Shown here: one piece after another, positions 26,064 to 39,784 of the stretch | Position numbering within the stretch: the first letter of the stretch is position 1 | How the letters are laid out: every line of letters begins with the position of its first letter | Assembly (NCBI GenBank): GCA_951406725.2 | Contig: OX597829.1 | Span: forward strand, 57,350,001-57,414,000 | Source of the DNA: Octopus vulgaris | Lineage: Eukaryota | Length of the DNA stretch: 64,000 nt | Direction of reading: 5' to 3' | Made by a program: the position numbers and the translations under genes | Notes under the pieces: generated by a model | Seen by the model: only the letters and a program-made list of their open reading frames with translations | What the model was told of the DNA's origin: nothing | Databases searched by the model: none

Positions 26064-26169
26064 TATAGTGAGTAAGTCGGTTTGTGGGGTTACACTGGGT
26101 TTCTCACTCATAAGGGGTTAAGCGAGAAACCCCAGGGTAATCCCATAAACCGGCCTACCCTACTATAAT
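26063..26169. repeat. Imperfect ~107-bp hairpin between (TA)n tracts
   Basis: attatagt...cggtttgtggggttacactgggtttctc pairs with gagaaaccccagggtaatcccataaaccg...actataat. Confidence 0.8.
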
Positions 26170-26230
26170 ATTAACTGCTCTGCATCTTAGAGTTTGCTCT
26201 CCTCCGGATTTATGCATTTCAACAAACAAT

Positions 26231-26289
<59 letters not shown>

Positions 26290-26462
26290 TTTTATTCTTT
26301 CACTTGTTTCAGTCATTTGAGTGCGGTCATGCTTGCAGCACAGCCTTAAAGGATTTTTTCGTTGAACTCATTGATTCCAGGACCCTTTCTTTGTAAGTTT
26401 AGTACATATGCTACCAATCTCGTTTGCTGAACCGCTACGTTACGGGAACGTAAACACACCAT
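26290..26462 (-). mobile_element. SINE 3' half
   Basis: cttgtttcagtcatttgagtgcggtcatgc... is the reverse of the family tail. Confidence 0.75.
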
Positions 26463-26980
26463 CACGTTGATAATAAATTCAGACAAATTTTTGAAGAATA
26501 ACATTTATCAAGACCGCCATCAGAGTAGCCACCTGGTTTTATCATTTTTAAAGGCCAGAAACCAACTCATCACTTTCTTTTGAAAGAACTGACCAGCTTT
26601 AAAGATGTAAACACATTTTTTCTTATTTCTCTCTTCCTTTCTTTCCTTCTCTTTTCCATTGACACCTCTTTCAGATACACACACATACACCAACACCTAC
26701 ACACAAACACACACACTCTCTCTCTTTCTCCCCATTCCTCACCCTCTTTTACTATCCTATATCTCTCCCCACCCATACACACTCAATAATACTATAAAAA
26801 GAGAGGAATCACCTCAAACACATTCAAATCTGAAGAGTCTACTAGAGTAGATGCAAGTGCTAATATATGATTTATAAAAACATGTCATATATTAATAAAT
26901 ATCTGTAAATATAAAACCATCCACATTTCTGAGTACCTTATTTCTTCTAATATATATTATCTGTAAATCACCTCCAAACC

Positions 26981-27147
<167 letters not shown>

Positions 27148-27314
27148 AAATTAGAAAATGGAGAAACATACTTAAATCAATCAATCATCAACTATCAGAT
27201 AATACCCAATCAATACTTTTTTACACCATTACATAACAGCAAAGACATTATACATAATATATTGTAAATATAGCTAGACATAGAAATATAAATATAAAAT
27301 ACAATTACATCATA

Positions 27315-27425
27315 TCTGACAGCTGTTTCGGCCGTGAGGACAAGTATGTCTCATTTAACCTATTAGCCACATAAAGCAGGTATAAATGAGACATTAACAA
27401 GGATGTCTCACGGCCTCTTCAGAGA
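27315..27425 (-). ncRNA. Type-I hammerhead ribozyme, intact core, 86-nt stem II (family F)
   Basis: Minus: tct | CTGAAGA | ggccgtgag ... ctcacggcc (perfect 9 bp, plus inner perfect 12-bp atgtctcattta/taaatgagacat) | GAAA | cagctg | TC | aga. Confidence 0.88.
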
Positions 27426-27690
27426 ATTAATATAAGTGTGAAAAAAATTTACATATAAATATAAAAATATAAAATATAAAGATGTGTGCATAGACACTCA
27501 TAATTCTACACATATCTATATACATACATATACACATTAATACAATAATACAATATAAACAAAATATATCAGTATACATTAACAAACACAGTTATTTTCC
27601 ATATTGGACTCCTAGTTCCATAACTAACATCAAGGAAATACATATACACTCATATACATATACACTATTTAAACATATACACTATTTAAA

Positions 27691-27739
<49 letters not shown>

Positions 27740-27792
27740 GTATATATATATGCGTTTAAATACATGTATATCTATGAATATGTCTGGCTGTT

Positions 27793-27878
<86 letters not shown>

Positions 27879-27895
27879 AAGCACTAAATCTTTGT

Positions 27896-28027
27896 AGGTG
27901 CAGTAGTGGCCTGTGTGAAGTTTACTTTCCAACCTCAATGTTCTGGGTTCAGTCGCTCTAAGTGACACTTTAGGCAAGTGTCTTCTACTTGCGAATGGAT
28001 TTGGTAGACAAACTGAAAGAAGCCTGT
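27896..28027 (+). mobile_element. SINE 5' part, decayed
   Basis: aggtgcagtagtggcctgtgtg...gggttcagtc...ggatttggtagacaaactgaaagaagcc. Confidence 0.7.
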
Positions 28028-28446
28028 CAGATCTTCATATCTAAATCTGTCTGTTTGTCTGTCTATCTAGGTTGATAGATAAAAATGAAACAAATGGACG
28101 TTTTTTTGTTCTACTATACGGGTTACTGTAGCAAAATTCATTATTTACATGTCATGTGTGAGATTATATAGGTTTATGCAATTAACATGTTTATATAACA
28201 TTGCCACTTCATCAGGTAATACTCCAGTCGAGCATTTTTAAGGAAATATGCCACCACTGGGATTATCGTAGCATAAGTTGTTAGGGTTTGTAATTGTGTC
28301 ACGAAAAGTAAGATGGTGTAGACGGCATTAATTACAACAGTGTATTTTTGTTGCTGTGAATCTTGTAAAATTTCCTCCAATCTCTTGAAGTTTTTCAAAT
28401 TTTCACCAGATTATTTTCGAAAAATGCTGTTTTGATTGTAGTTGTA

Positions 28447-28791
28447 TATGGTTTCTCGACCTTCTAGGAATAGCAGCCAAATCTTTCCTGAACTGCACCA
28501 TAATGTCTAAAACAACAAAACGGACAACGCCTTATATAACATTGTTGAGGGTAGACTTTCTGTTTGTGCTTTTCATTCATAATTTGAGCACCAATGCATA
28601 ATAATAATCTTCCCAAATGCACAGTGACACTAAATATGTTTATTATGAATAATTATAAACATATTCTATGTATTAATAACAAAACACCTTTCAGTGGTGT
28701 GTTTCAGGACAGAGTTTATAATATCAAGTATTATAAATGTGTGCCTGTAAGAAAGATTTGGCTGCTATTTCTAGCAGGTTGAGAAACCATA
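28447..28791. mobile_element. MITE-like element with ~41-bp inverted repeats
   Basis: tatggtttctcgaccttctaggaatagcagccaaatctttc vs gaaagatttggctgctatttctagcaggttgagaaaccata. Confidence 0.7.
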
Positions 28792-29329
28792 GAAAGGTAT
28801 CGTATGTGCCGATCTCCATGGTAATGGAGATCAGCGCACGAGATATTTCGGCAATGTAAGTTTTTGATTGGCTAAAATTATATAAGTTTAAATGTTTGTA
28901 ACATCTTTATCATCAATTTCCAGGAGGAAAAAACAGAAATGAAAGCGATTTTCGCCATCAGGATGCAAAATAACAAATTCTATTGTCATAGTTGTTGTTG
29001 TTGAGTGTTTCGTGTTTAGCTGGAAGTGAAAAAAAAATCAGGGTCAAATATGAAGTGTATTCCCACGAGCCACGAGGAAATACGTTCATAAACAACATAT
29101 TTACTCGCTTATGTAAGAGTAATAGTACAAATGCTCGTTGCCTTGTGCACGCGCGCGCGCACCCGACTACGCTTGTATGTAGACATGTATGTGAGTATGC
29201 GTGTGTATGTATGCGTGTGTATGTATGTATAAATACATACACACATGTATATATATATATATGTGGTGTGCGTGAGTGTGTATGTATATGTTTATAGTGT
29301 ATACATACAACGAACACACAAATATGCTT

Positions 29330-29951
29330 GCATATGTACATCTATGTATGTATGTATGTATGTATGTATGTATGTACGTATGTATGTACGTATGTATGTA
29401 TGTATGTACGTATGTACGGATGTATGTATGTATGTATGTATGTATGTATGTACGGATGTATGTATGTATGTATGTATGTATGTATGTATGTATGTACGTG
29501 TGTATGTATGTATGTATGTATGTATGTATGTATGTATGTATGTATGTATGTATATATACGGATGTATGTATGTATGTATGTATGTATGTATGTACGTGTG
29601 TGTATGTATGTGTGTATGTATGTATGTATGTATGTATGTATGTATGTATACATCTATGTATGTGTGTATGTATGTATGTATGTATGTATGTATGTATGTA
29701 TGTATGTATATACGGATGTATGTATGTATGTATGTATGTATGTACGGATGTATGTATGTATGTATGTATGTATGTATGTATGTATGTATGTATGTATGTA
29801 TGTATGTATGTATGTATGTATGTATGTATTTATGTGTTCTTTACGCGAAACAGTGACGGATATTTAGGATATTTAATACTGTACATTTCGAATATATACA
29901 TATATATGTATGTATACACACACACACACACACACACACATACATACATAC

Positions 29952-30010
<59 letters not shown>

Positions 30011-30600
30011 TGTATGTGTATATATATATATACATATATATGTATGTATATATATACATGTATATATATGTATATATATATATGTATGTATATATATATG
30101 TATGTATATATATATATGTATATATATATATGTATGTATATATGTATGTATATATATATGTATGTATATATATATATGTATGTATATATATATATATATA
30201 TGTATGTATATATATATATATATATATGTATGTATATATATGTGTGTATATATATATATATGTATGTATGTATATATATATATGTATATATATATGTATG
30301 TATGTATATATATATGTAAATATATATATGTATATATATATGTATATTTATATGTATATATATATATATGTATGTGTATATATGTATGCATATATATGTA
30401 TGTATATATATTTATGCATATGTGTATTTGTGTGTATGTATGTATGTATATGCATATACATGTTTATATGTATGTACAAATTTATTTGTAAGTATAGACA
30501 CATGTACACGTATATACATACGGAGATATGTACAACTGCATGTATGTAGGTTGTGTGTATGTTAGAATATACATACATATATACTTACACACATACAAAC
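29330..30600. repeat. Compound (TATG)n/(TA)n microsatellite array
   Basis: Direct reading. Interspersed tacg/cgga variant units. Confidence 0.95.
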
Positions 30601-30924
30601 ATACATAATACATACATACATATATAATACACACATACATACAAACATACATACATTTCAGTTAGTATCTGTTCTTTGTATGTTTGTATATACACCAAAG
30701 AAATAATGAGAAAAACACGTGTCTGAGTGGTTGAAATGAATTGAGTGGCGTTTAGTAGAGTGGAGTGGAAGTATTTGTGTGTGAGTGAGAGAGAGAGAGG
30801 GGGGGGGAGGGAGACAGACGATTGGGTGGGTGTGTTTTTCCCTTTGTTGATCTTAGGATGGGGTGCGTGAGGCATCTAAGAAGCTTCTAAGGACCCAATT
30901 ACTATATATTTTTTGTTTTATCTT

Positions 30925-31296
30925 TAATTTCAGTCATTGGACTGTGGTTGGCCCTCGCTGGAGCACTGCCTGCAAGGATCTGCTTGAAACAAATCAGCTC
31001 CACTACTTATGGTTTTTAAAAAAAATCTGGTACTTATTCCATTGGTTTCTTTCGCCAAAGCGCTAAGTAGCAGGGATGTAAACAAGCCAACACTGGTTCT
31101 CAAGCAGTGAATACACACACACACACGCTTGTGTGTATAAACAGATTTCTTTCAGTTTCTGTCAACCAAGTCCACTCTCAATACTTTGGTTGGCCTGAGG
31201 CTATAGTAGAAGACACCCAAGGTACCATGCAGTGGGACTGAACCTGGAACCATGTGGTTGGGAAGCAAGCTTCTTATTACACAGATGCACCTGCAT
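30925..31296 (-). mobile_element. tRNA-derived SINE, diverged
   Basis: Reverse of the 5237 family, head at ~31296. Confidence 0.8.
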
Positions 31297-31479
31297 TTAC
31301 TAAGAAATAAGAGAGGGAGAGAGAGAGAGAGAGAGGCAAAATGTCAGTGTGTGTACGAGAGAGAGAGAGAAAAAGAAAGAAAGAGAGAGAGAGTGAAGGA
31401 GAGTAACAATGAGTGAGGATAAAACATATACTCAGAGCTTCTTTGGAAATGAAAATAAAAAAGAACAATGTTTTTTGTT

Positions 31480-32190
31480 TCATGAACATATCGTTAAAAT
31501 GGTGGCTATGAATAGGCAAATTGGCTGGATTCTGAGAACTTTCAGAATAAGGGACCGGGAAACTTTGCTGATCCTATGGAGGAAGTTTGCTCTCGGTTGG
31601 CTGGATTACTGTTCTCAACCATGATCACCCCACAGTGTCAAGTTTTTAGCAGAACTGAAATTCAATGGTGCTACAGCAAGAAGATATCTTCAATGGCACA
31701 GTTGAGCTTTTTGGGTAAGACTGAAAGAATTACAATTCTACTCTGTGGAGTGAAGATGGGAGAGATATGCAGTGATGTACATATGGAAAATTCTAGAGGG
31801 GCTGGCACCAAGGTTTCCATTGAGAGTTATCCTAGCCCCAGGAACAGGACATTACTGCACTGTTCCAAAGGCACCGCTCATTGAATCTAGTGTAATGACC
31901 TGATACTGAAATAGCTTGAGTTTCAAGGGTCCACAGTTATTTAATATCTTGCTGAAAACCTGAAGGAACTAGATGGAGAGAGTTCAGGTGTCTACAAGAA
32001 GAAACTTGACCTTCTGCTGCCATGACACCCAGATGGGACTATATCATGGCAAGAAACTCAAATGAGCATAGCAATATCAAACTATTTCCATTCTTCAAAG
32101 ACCAACCAAATAAGAAGGGCCTGTGAAACGGTAATGAAAATTGCAGTGACCCAATATGGCTGCAGATTTTGGACTGGTATACATAAAGAA
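31480..32190 (+). mobile_element. Old CR1/L2-type LINE 3' fragment
   Basis: GWILRTFRIRDRETL...LDYCSQ, colinear with 17000-17690. Confidence 0.8.
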
Positions 32191-32523
32191 AGAATAAAGA
32201 AACAAAAATTTATGCTACCCTGATGTATGAAATGTTGAATGCCATAGCTATATCATCTCTTGTAGATGCGGCGAGAGTAAATACGAAGATGGCAGTATTG
32301 TTGATGTTCAGTTTGGCATTTGGCATAACTACACAAATGAGCTGCCTGTGAATTTGTTTCTTCATAACTTTCAGAAAAATTTTGATGCTTTTTAATGAAA
32401 TTTCCTATAAATGTAGATTACAATTATATAAGAATATTTTGTGAATATAGATGTATATGTATGTATGTGTGTGTGTGTGTGTGTGTGTGTATGTCTGTAT
32501 GTGTGTGTGTGTATGAATGTATG

Positions 32524-32557
<34 letters not shown>

Positions 32558-33107
32558 TGTATATATGTGTGTGTGTATGTATGTATGTATGTATGTATGT
32601 ATGCATGTATGTATGCATGTATGTATGTATGTATGTATGTATGTATGTATGTATGTATGTATGTATGTATGTATGTATGTATGTATGTATGTATATGTGT
32701 GTATGTGTGTGTGTATGTATATATGTACGAGTGTGTGTGTGTGTATGCAGAGAGAGAAAGAGAGAGGAAGAGGAGGCATATTAGTGCAAGTGCACCCTAC
32801 TGGCTTTGTTTCCTCATAACTTTCAGAAAACTGGAAATTTTTTAACAAAATTTGCTACAAATACCATCTCCACCATCTCAAAGCTATCTGTAGAAAATGT
32901 CATTAAAAAGATTTACATTTTTCAGAATGTTATGAGAAAAGAAAGTTACTGGAGCACAATTATACAAGCATGCTGTATGTATGTGTGTGTGTGTGTGTGT
33001 GTATGTGTGTGTGTGTGTGTGTGTCTGTGTGTGTATATGTATATGTGTGTGGGTGTATGTGTGTGTGTGTGCATGTGTGTATATATGTATATATATATGT
33101 GTGTGTG

Positions 33108-33139
<32 letters not shown>

Positions 33140-33148
<9 letters not shown>

Positions 33149-33450
33149 ATCACGTGACCGACCAGGCTATCAGATGTTGCTACACATCGCTGGTCACAAT
33201 GCGCTTCGCATTGTTTTAGCCATCAAATGACGCCACCCCGCTGGTTAAGCGAGCAGGCCAACAGAAGAAAGAGTGAGAGAAAGTTGTGGCGAAAGAGTAC
33301 AGCAGGGATCACCACAATCCCCTGCCGAAGCCTCGTGGAGCTTTAGGTGTTTTCACTCAATAAACACTCACAACGCCCGGTCTGGGAATCGAAACCACGA
33401 TCCTACGACCGCGAGTCCGCTGCCCTAACCACTGGGCCATTGCGCCTCCA
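33140..33450 (-). mobile_element. Second tRNA-derived SINE family (tRNA-Arg-like head)
   Basis: Reverse complement of 41627-41930. Confidence 0.88.
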
Positions 33451-33475
33451 CATATCCATATTTACATACACACAC

Positions 33476-33569
<94 letters not shown>

Positions 33570-33570
33570 T

Positions 33571-33607
<37 letters not shown>

Positions 33608-34112
33608 TCAGATGTGAATGGGAAGCAGCACGAGTGTTGTAAATATTATTGAACACACATAATACTCAACGTATCTGCTTTGCTTGTTCATCGGTTGGTT
33701 GCAGTTTAGCCAGGTGGAGATGACTCAATCAAAGCGTGAGGTGTTAAAACAGCTGAAAGCCAATGATAGGTGAGACAACACCCCACCCCCCACGCAAGTC
33801 CCATTCAGCAGCAGTGGACATTGGAGTTTTGCCATTTTCTGTGGCTTATCAACATCACACAACTAAACTTGAGGTGAATTGAATCGCCAGTCTATCACAG
33901 CGTGATTCTTATTTGAATTTTTTCTTACATCGTTCGCAACTGCCCATACTCTGCTGTGCTCTGGAAACACGTGTAGGTCACCATAACCATTAGATATATG
34001 CTCTTATGACATACCATAAAATAAAAGGGAAAAAACTTTGAGGATGTACCTGTCTTCATATTCTCTATCATTATAATTATTACTTAGACACACACACACA
34101 TCATCATCACCG

Positions 34113-34156
<44 letters not shown>

Positions 34157-34344
34157 GTCATCATCATCGTCGTCATCATTGAATGTTTATCTTCCATGCT
34201 GGCATGGGCTGGATGGTTTCTACATGAGCTGGCATCTACTCTCTGTCTACCTCAGATTGAAAGAGAGTAGAGAGAGAAAGAAAGAAAGAGAGACGAGGGG
34301 GGAAAATAATATGGTGAAAATGTGACAGGGAGGGGTACACCCAA

Positions 34345-34822
34345 GTTACAAGAGAGTTGCATAAAATGAGGCAAACCTGGGATCGGATAGGGTGTAGGGA
34401 TCGGTATGCTCTGTAGATGTGAAAGGAGAGTTGAAGATGAAAAGGAGGGGAATGTAGTGAGCAGGCACAGGTAGGGGAAGGGGATGTCGGGAAGATGTGT
34501 TGTGGGGAAGGGATTTTACAGAGACATATTGCACGCAGGTAGGTTTGTTAGGGAGAGTGGGAGATAAAGAATAGAGGAATTCAACAGGTGCTGAATACGA
34601 GTGGGGAGGGATGAGGAGAGAGGGATATGATATAGGAGAGAGTGTTGCCAGTGGACAGATTGCATGTGGAGTGGGGGTAGGGCATGAACATGCCTTTATG
34701 GCCCCTATGCGTTTGCCTGTATGTATAAATGTATGTAGGGTTCTCCCCACTCATATTCAGCACCTGTTGAATTCCTCTCTTCTTTATCTCCCACTCTCCC
34801 TAACAAACCTACCTTCGTGCAA
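34345..34822. repeat. Purine-rich repeat with internal ~76-bp inverted duplication
   Basis: 34531-34606 is inverted at 34745-34820. Confidence 0.75.
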
Positions 34823-34864
34823 TGGCCATACTTGATAACGAGGGGGCAGCCACCATATATAAAT

Positions 34865-36425
34865 ATTTAGTCCCTCTGACCAACCTCTGGAGAAATTCGC
34901 TAGACACAGGTTATATACCGAAACAGTTTCTATCCCAGTCGGTCATCCCGGTTTTCAAACAGGGAAACAGATCCCTCGCAGTCAACTATCGCCCAATCTC
35001 ACTCACCTCCCACATCATTAAAGTGTTTGAAAGAGTGTTAAGATCAAGGATAGCTGACTTCATGGAGACCCACAAACTCCTAAATTCAAATCAGCATGGC
35101 TTTCGCTGTGGCAGGGACTGTCTAACACAGCTCTTACACCACATTGAAGATGTACTCAAAGCCCTGGGAACAGGTTCGAACTCTGACGTCATATATCTTG
35201 ACTTCAGTAAAGCGTTCGACTGGGTTGACCATAATATCCTACTCTTAAAATTGGCAAATGTTGGAATCCGTGGAAAAGTTCTACACTGGATTAAGTATTT
35301 CCTGGCGAATAGAACACAACATGTTGTAGTTGATGGAGTCCACTCAAGCCCAGCAAAAGTCACCAGCGGTGTTCCCCAGGGGACTGTCTTGGGTCCGCTA
35401 CTCTTCATAATTTACATAAACGACCTTTCCAGTGTCGTACATTACTGCAAAGTGAAAATATTTCCTGATGACACTAAGCTCCAGCAAATCGTCAATGAAG
35501 AAGCAGACCGAACTCAACTCCAGTCTGATCTATATGCTGTGAGTCAATGGGCAGACAGAAACAAAATGCAACTGAATGAGGGAAAATTTGAGCTGATGCA
35601 TTTTGGAAGAAATTCCTCACTAAAATAGCCATACTCTCTTCCTTCAGGGGAACCGCTCACAGCCTCTAACAATATCAGAGACCTGGGTGTAATTGTTGAT
35701 GACGATCTCAGTTGGAGTGCACACATCAACAAGAAGGTCGATATAGCTCGTAGGATGAGTTCCTGGATCTTAAGAACTTTCCGGTCCAGAGAACAAGGTG
35801 TCATCATACCACTTTTCTCCTTTGTACGGCCACACCTCGAATACTGCTGCCCACTGTGGTCTCCCCATACAAGACAAAACATCTCCAGGATTGAGTCACC
35901 CAGAGGGCACTCACTAAACGAATTGAAGGCATGGCTGCTCTCGATTATTGGGATCGCCTTAAAGTCTTGAAACTTTACTCTCTCCAGCGTTGCCGTGAGC
36001 GGTACATCATTTGTACGATGTGGAGAATATACCGCCAACTTTGCCCAAACGACCTAAACATTAGCTTCAAGGTTCATCCGAGACTGGGGCCACGGGCCAT
36101 ACGTCCCCTGCCCAATTCAAAATCACAACATACATGTACACTGCAACATAATTTCTTTTCCTCAACAGGCCCTGCCCTATTTAACATTGTCCCGAGGGAG
36201 ATCAAAGAGGAAAAGGATCCCATCAACTTTAAACGGAGTCTGGATAAATTCCTTCAAAGAATACCAGATAAGCCACCCATAATTGGATACAACTCACCAA
36301 ACAAGAACTCACTACTTGAATAGACCATAAACAAAACTTGACTTAAACAGAATTCGGATAATCCTATCAGGTGGTGCTATTAAGTTAGACATGGCCTGGA
36401 CCAATCTTTGGTCGAAACATATCTA

Positions 36426-36428
<3 letters not shown>
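34865..36428 (+). mobile_element. 5'-truncated CR1/L2-group LINE, second family
   Basis: NYRPISLTS, QHGFR, YLDFSKAFD, SGVPQGTVLGP, FPDD, YSLQRCRER. 3' tail ggtggtgc...catggcc-hairpin-gaaac. Confidence 0.92.
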
Positions 36429-36502
<74 letters not shown>

Positions 36503-36582
36503 ATATATATAAAGAAAGGAAATGAAGAAAATGCTGACAAAATAATTTAAGTAAGAGAGAGTGTATTTAATTAGGTGAAAGT

Positions 36583-36622
36583 TCTTTTTACCGGTTGCGC
36601 ATTTGTTATGCTTATCAAAAGA
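36583..36622 (-). ncRNA. Variant hammerhead-like motif in left PLE terminus (family G)
   Basis: Minus: tctt | TTGATAA | gcat-aacaa-atgc | GCAA | ccgg | TA | aaaaga. Confidence 0.45.
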
Positions 36623-37491
36623 TATTTTTTAAAGAGAGATAGAGTTCCTTTCTGATAGATTTTTTTTCTCTTATCTGACTTTATGTTGGGTTTGCTGTCT
36701 CTTATATGTGAAAAAAGAGGCTCCAGAGTTGTTTAAGATTTGCTTGGTTTCGCGCCTAAAATTTCTTGTGGACAATGGTCAATACAATTTTGATTAGTCA
36801 TTATAAAGGGGTCACGTGAATATTTGAATGGAAGTTGGTGTTGGGGTAAGAAAATAGGCTCCAGAGATGTTAAAATTTGGCTAGTGTCGCGCCTAAAATT
36901 TCTTATTGGTCATAATAAAGAGGTCACGTGGGTGTGGTCATAATAGAGAGGTCACGTGAATGTTTAGAATGAATGTTGTTGTGGGTGGTGTATGGAGTTT
37001 TCGAAAATAGCGTTGTTGAAAATTCTTATTGTTCAGGCTGGTCAGTAGACGTCATGTGGATATTTTAAATAGCTTTTTAGTGCGTAGTTAAGGAGTGTAT
37101 TTTCCGCTTGACTGAATTTGAGCTGGATAAGTAAGTTCGTTTAGGACACGAAGAGTTATATGTATGTATGTGTGTGTGTGCGCGCGCGCGTGTGTGTGTG
37201 TGTGTTTATATGTATGTTGGGGCGCGCGCGCGTGTATATATGTGTGCGTGTGTGGGTACAATTTTCAATATTTATAGTTCTGCTGGCCTTGTGCCTGTAT
37301 CGGGAAGCAACGTGTTTGTGTGAAGTCAATATTTACAGTCGTTTCCAAAAAATAGTGTTGGATGTTTTGCACCCGTATCAAATTATGTGTATGTGTGGAA
37401 CCATATATTTGCGTGTGTCATGGTGTTAATATCTGGGTAAAAGTGTGTGTAGGGTGTGTGCAGGTGTAAGTGTGTTTGTTGTGGGTTCGTG

Positions 37492-38644
37492 TTAGGGGGA
37501 TGTGTTTAGAAGTGGTCTGTATTTATTAATAAGGTGGGATTCCATGGTTATTCGCTGGGTATGAGTGGCATTGTCTTTAAATTTGTAGAGGGGAAAGATT
37601 CTAAAATTGGGATGAAGTTGTGCGGCACAAGTATCAATATGTGCACTAAGTGCTATTTTTCTGTATTCCTGTATTTTTATTTGGGATCTGTGGACAGTCA
37701 TGCGTTGGCGGAGGCTATTTTTAGTTTGGCCTATGTAGTGTTCATTACAGCCCGAGCAAGTTAAGACATATACTAGGTTTTCTGATGCGCATGTGAAGTT
37801 GTGTTTTACTGTGAAACGTTGTCCTTGTTTAAAAAGGAATTCCGGACCTTCTATTAGGTTGATGCATATACCACAGTTGGGTCTATTGCATTTGTTTACT
37901 GTGGGTTTAGTTGTTGTGGTTGGCAGTACTTTGGCATTTGTTAGGATGGTTTTCAATGATTTGGGTTGCCTTTTGCTCTTTATGATTTCGTGTGTTAGGA
38001 GGATTTGGTTCATTCTATGGTCCTTTTTTAATACAGGAATGTTCTGGAGGATGGTGTCAAAAGCTTCATTGTTGAGGGGGTTGTGTGTAGAGATGTATGG
38101 TAGAATATGGGGTTTCGATGTAACAGGTTTAGGGCGTCTAAGTTCCTGTGTGCTGAGTTTTAGGGCGCGATGGATCCCATTGTCAATTAGTGACGTGGGG
38201 TAATCCCTGCTTGTTAATGTGTCCTTAAGTTCTTGTAGGCGTAAGAGACGGGTGTTTTTATTGGAGACTATAGTGCAAATTCTCTTGGCTAAGTTGTAGG
38301 GAATGTTAATTTTAACGTGTCTAGGGTGGCATGAATTGAAAGGGAGGTATTGCTTGGAGTCTGTGGGCTTGTAGTATATGTCTGTTTCTATTTTTTGTTG
38401 TGAATTTTAATGAGGATGTCGAGGAAGGGAATTTGTTGAGGGCTGTATTCCATTGTGAAAATAATGTTTGTGTTGAGCCCATTTATAAGGGTGTGAAATT
38501 CTTTAAGCTTCTCGATGGTTTCGGGCCAAAGGATGAAGCAGTCATCAAGATATCTCTTCCAGTTCTTCTCTATGTGTGTGTGGAGAGTGGTGCCAAATTG
38601 GTTAAGAACGTTATTATAGAGGGTGATTTCCAGGTATCCCATGA
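37492..38644 (-). pseudogene. PLE RT C-terminus/thumb plus GIY-YIG endonuclease, 5'-truncated, one frameshift near 38391
   Basis: WKRYLDDCF, FTME, IPFLDI, then YYKPTDSKQYL.FNSCHP, C-x4-C-x2-C, FTCASENLVYVLTCSGC..HYIGQT...RMTVH. Confidence 0.93.
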
Positions 38645-39243
38645 CTACACACAACCCCCTCAACAATGAAGCTTTTGACACCATCCTCCAGAACATTCCT
38701 GTATTAAAAAAGGACCATAGAATGAACCAAATCCTCCTAACACACGAAATCATAAAGAGCAAAAGGCAACCCAAATCATTGAAAACCATCCTAACAAATG
38801 CCAAAGTACTGCCAACCACAACAACTAAACCCACAGTAAACAAATGCAATAGACCCAACTGTGGTATATGCATCAACCTAATAGAAGATCCGGAATTCCT
38901 TTTTAAACAAGGACAACGTTTCACAGTAAAACACAACTTCACATGCGCATCAGAAAACCTAGTATATGTCTTAACTTGCTCGGGCTGTAATGAACACTAC
39001 ATAGGCCAAACTAAAAATAGCCTCCGCCAACGCATGACTGTCCACAGATCCCAAATAAAAATACAGGAATACAGAAAAATAGCACTTAGTGCACATATTG
39101 ATACTTGTGCCGCACAACTTCATCCCAATTTTAGAATCTTTCCCCTCTACAAATTTAAAGACAATGCCACTCATACCCAGCGAATAACCATGGAATCCCA
39201 CCTTATTAATAAATACAGACCACTTCTAAACACATCCCCCTAA
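38645..39243 (+). pseudogene. Second (inverted) copy of the PLE GIY-YIG region
   Basis: ORF 38623-39243 is identical to 37492-38013 over the shared part except G/D in IEGPE/IEDPE. Confidence 0.93.
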
Positions 39244-39529
39244 CACGAACCCACAACAAACACACTTACACCTGCACACACCCTACACACACTTTTACCC
39301 AGATATTAACACCATGACACACGCAAATATATGGTTCCACACATACACATAATTTGATACGGGTGCAAAACATCCAACACTATTTTTTGGAAACGACTGT
39401 AAATATTGACTTCACACAAACACGTTGCTTCCCGATACAGGCACAAGGCCAGCAGAACTATAAATATTGAAAATTGTACCCACACACGCACACATATATA
39501 CACGCGCGCGCGCCCCAACATACATATAA

Positions 39530-39561
<32 letters not shown>

Positions 39562-39784
39562 ACACACACACACACACATACATATAACTCTTCGTGTCCT
39601 AAACGAACTTACTTATCCAGCTCAAATTCAGTCAAGCGGAAAATACACTCCTTAACTACGCACTAAAAAGCTATTTAAAATATCCACATGACGTCTACTG
39701 ACCAGCCTGAACAATAAGAATTTTCAACAACGCTATTTTCGAAAACTCCATACACCACCCACAACAACATTCATTCTAAACATT

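Noticed and set aside
29245-30578. Long ORFs (up to 347 aa) of MYVC/YI repeats, likewise at 12057-12786, 18018-18368, 21783-22374 and 32395-32848
   Set aside because: Translations of stop-free (TATG)n/(TA)n/(CA)n microsatellites, not genes.
33960-33982. gaaacacgtgta (and aaacacgtgtc at ~30714) as hammerhead 3' halves
   Set aside because: No upstream CUGANGA or pairing stem I, and no element context.
38388-38942. 184-aa minus-strand ORF as a novel fusion protein
   Set aside because: Its N-terminal half is antisense of the inverted arm read across the 38644/38645 junction into RT, a by-product of the inversion.
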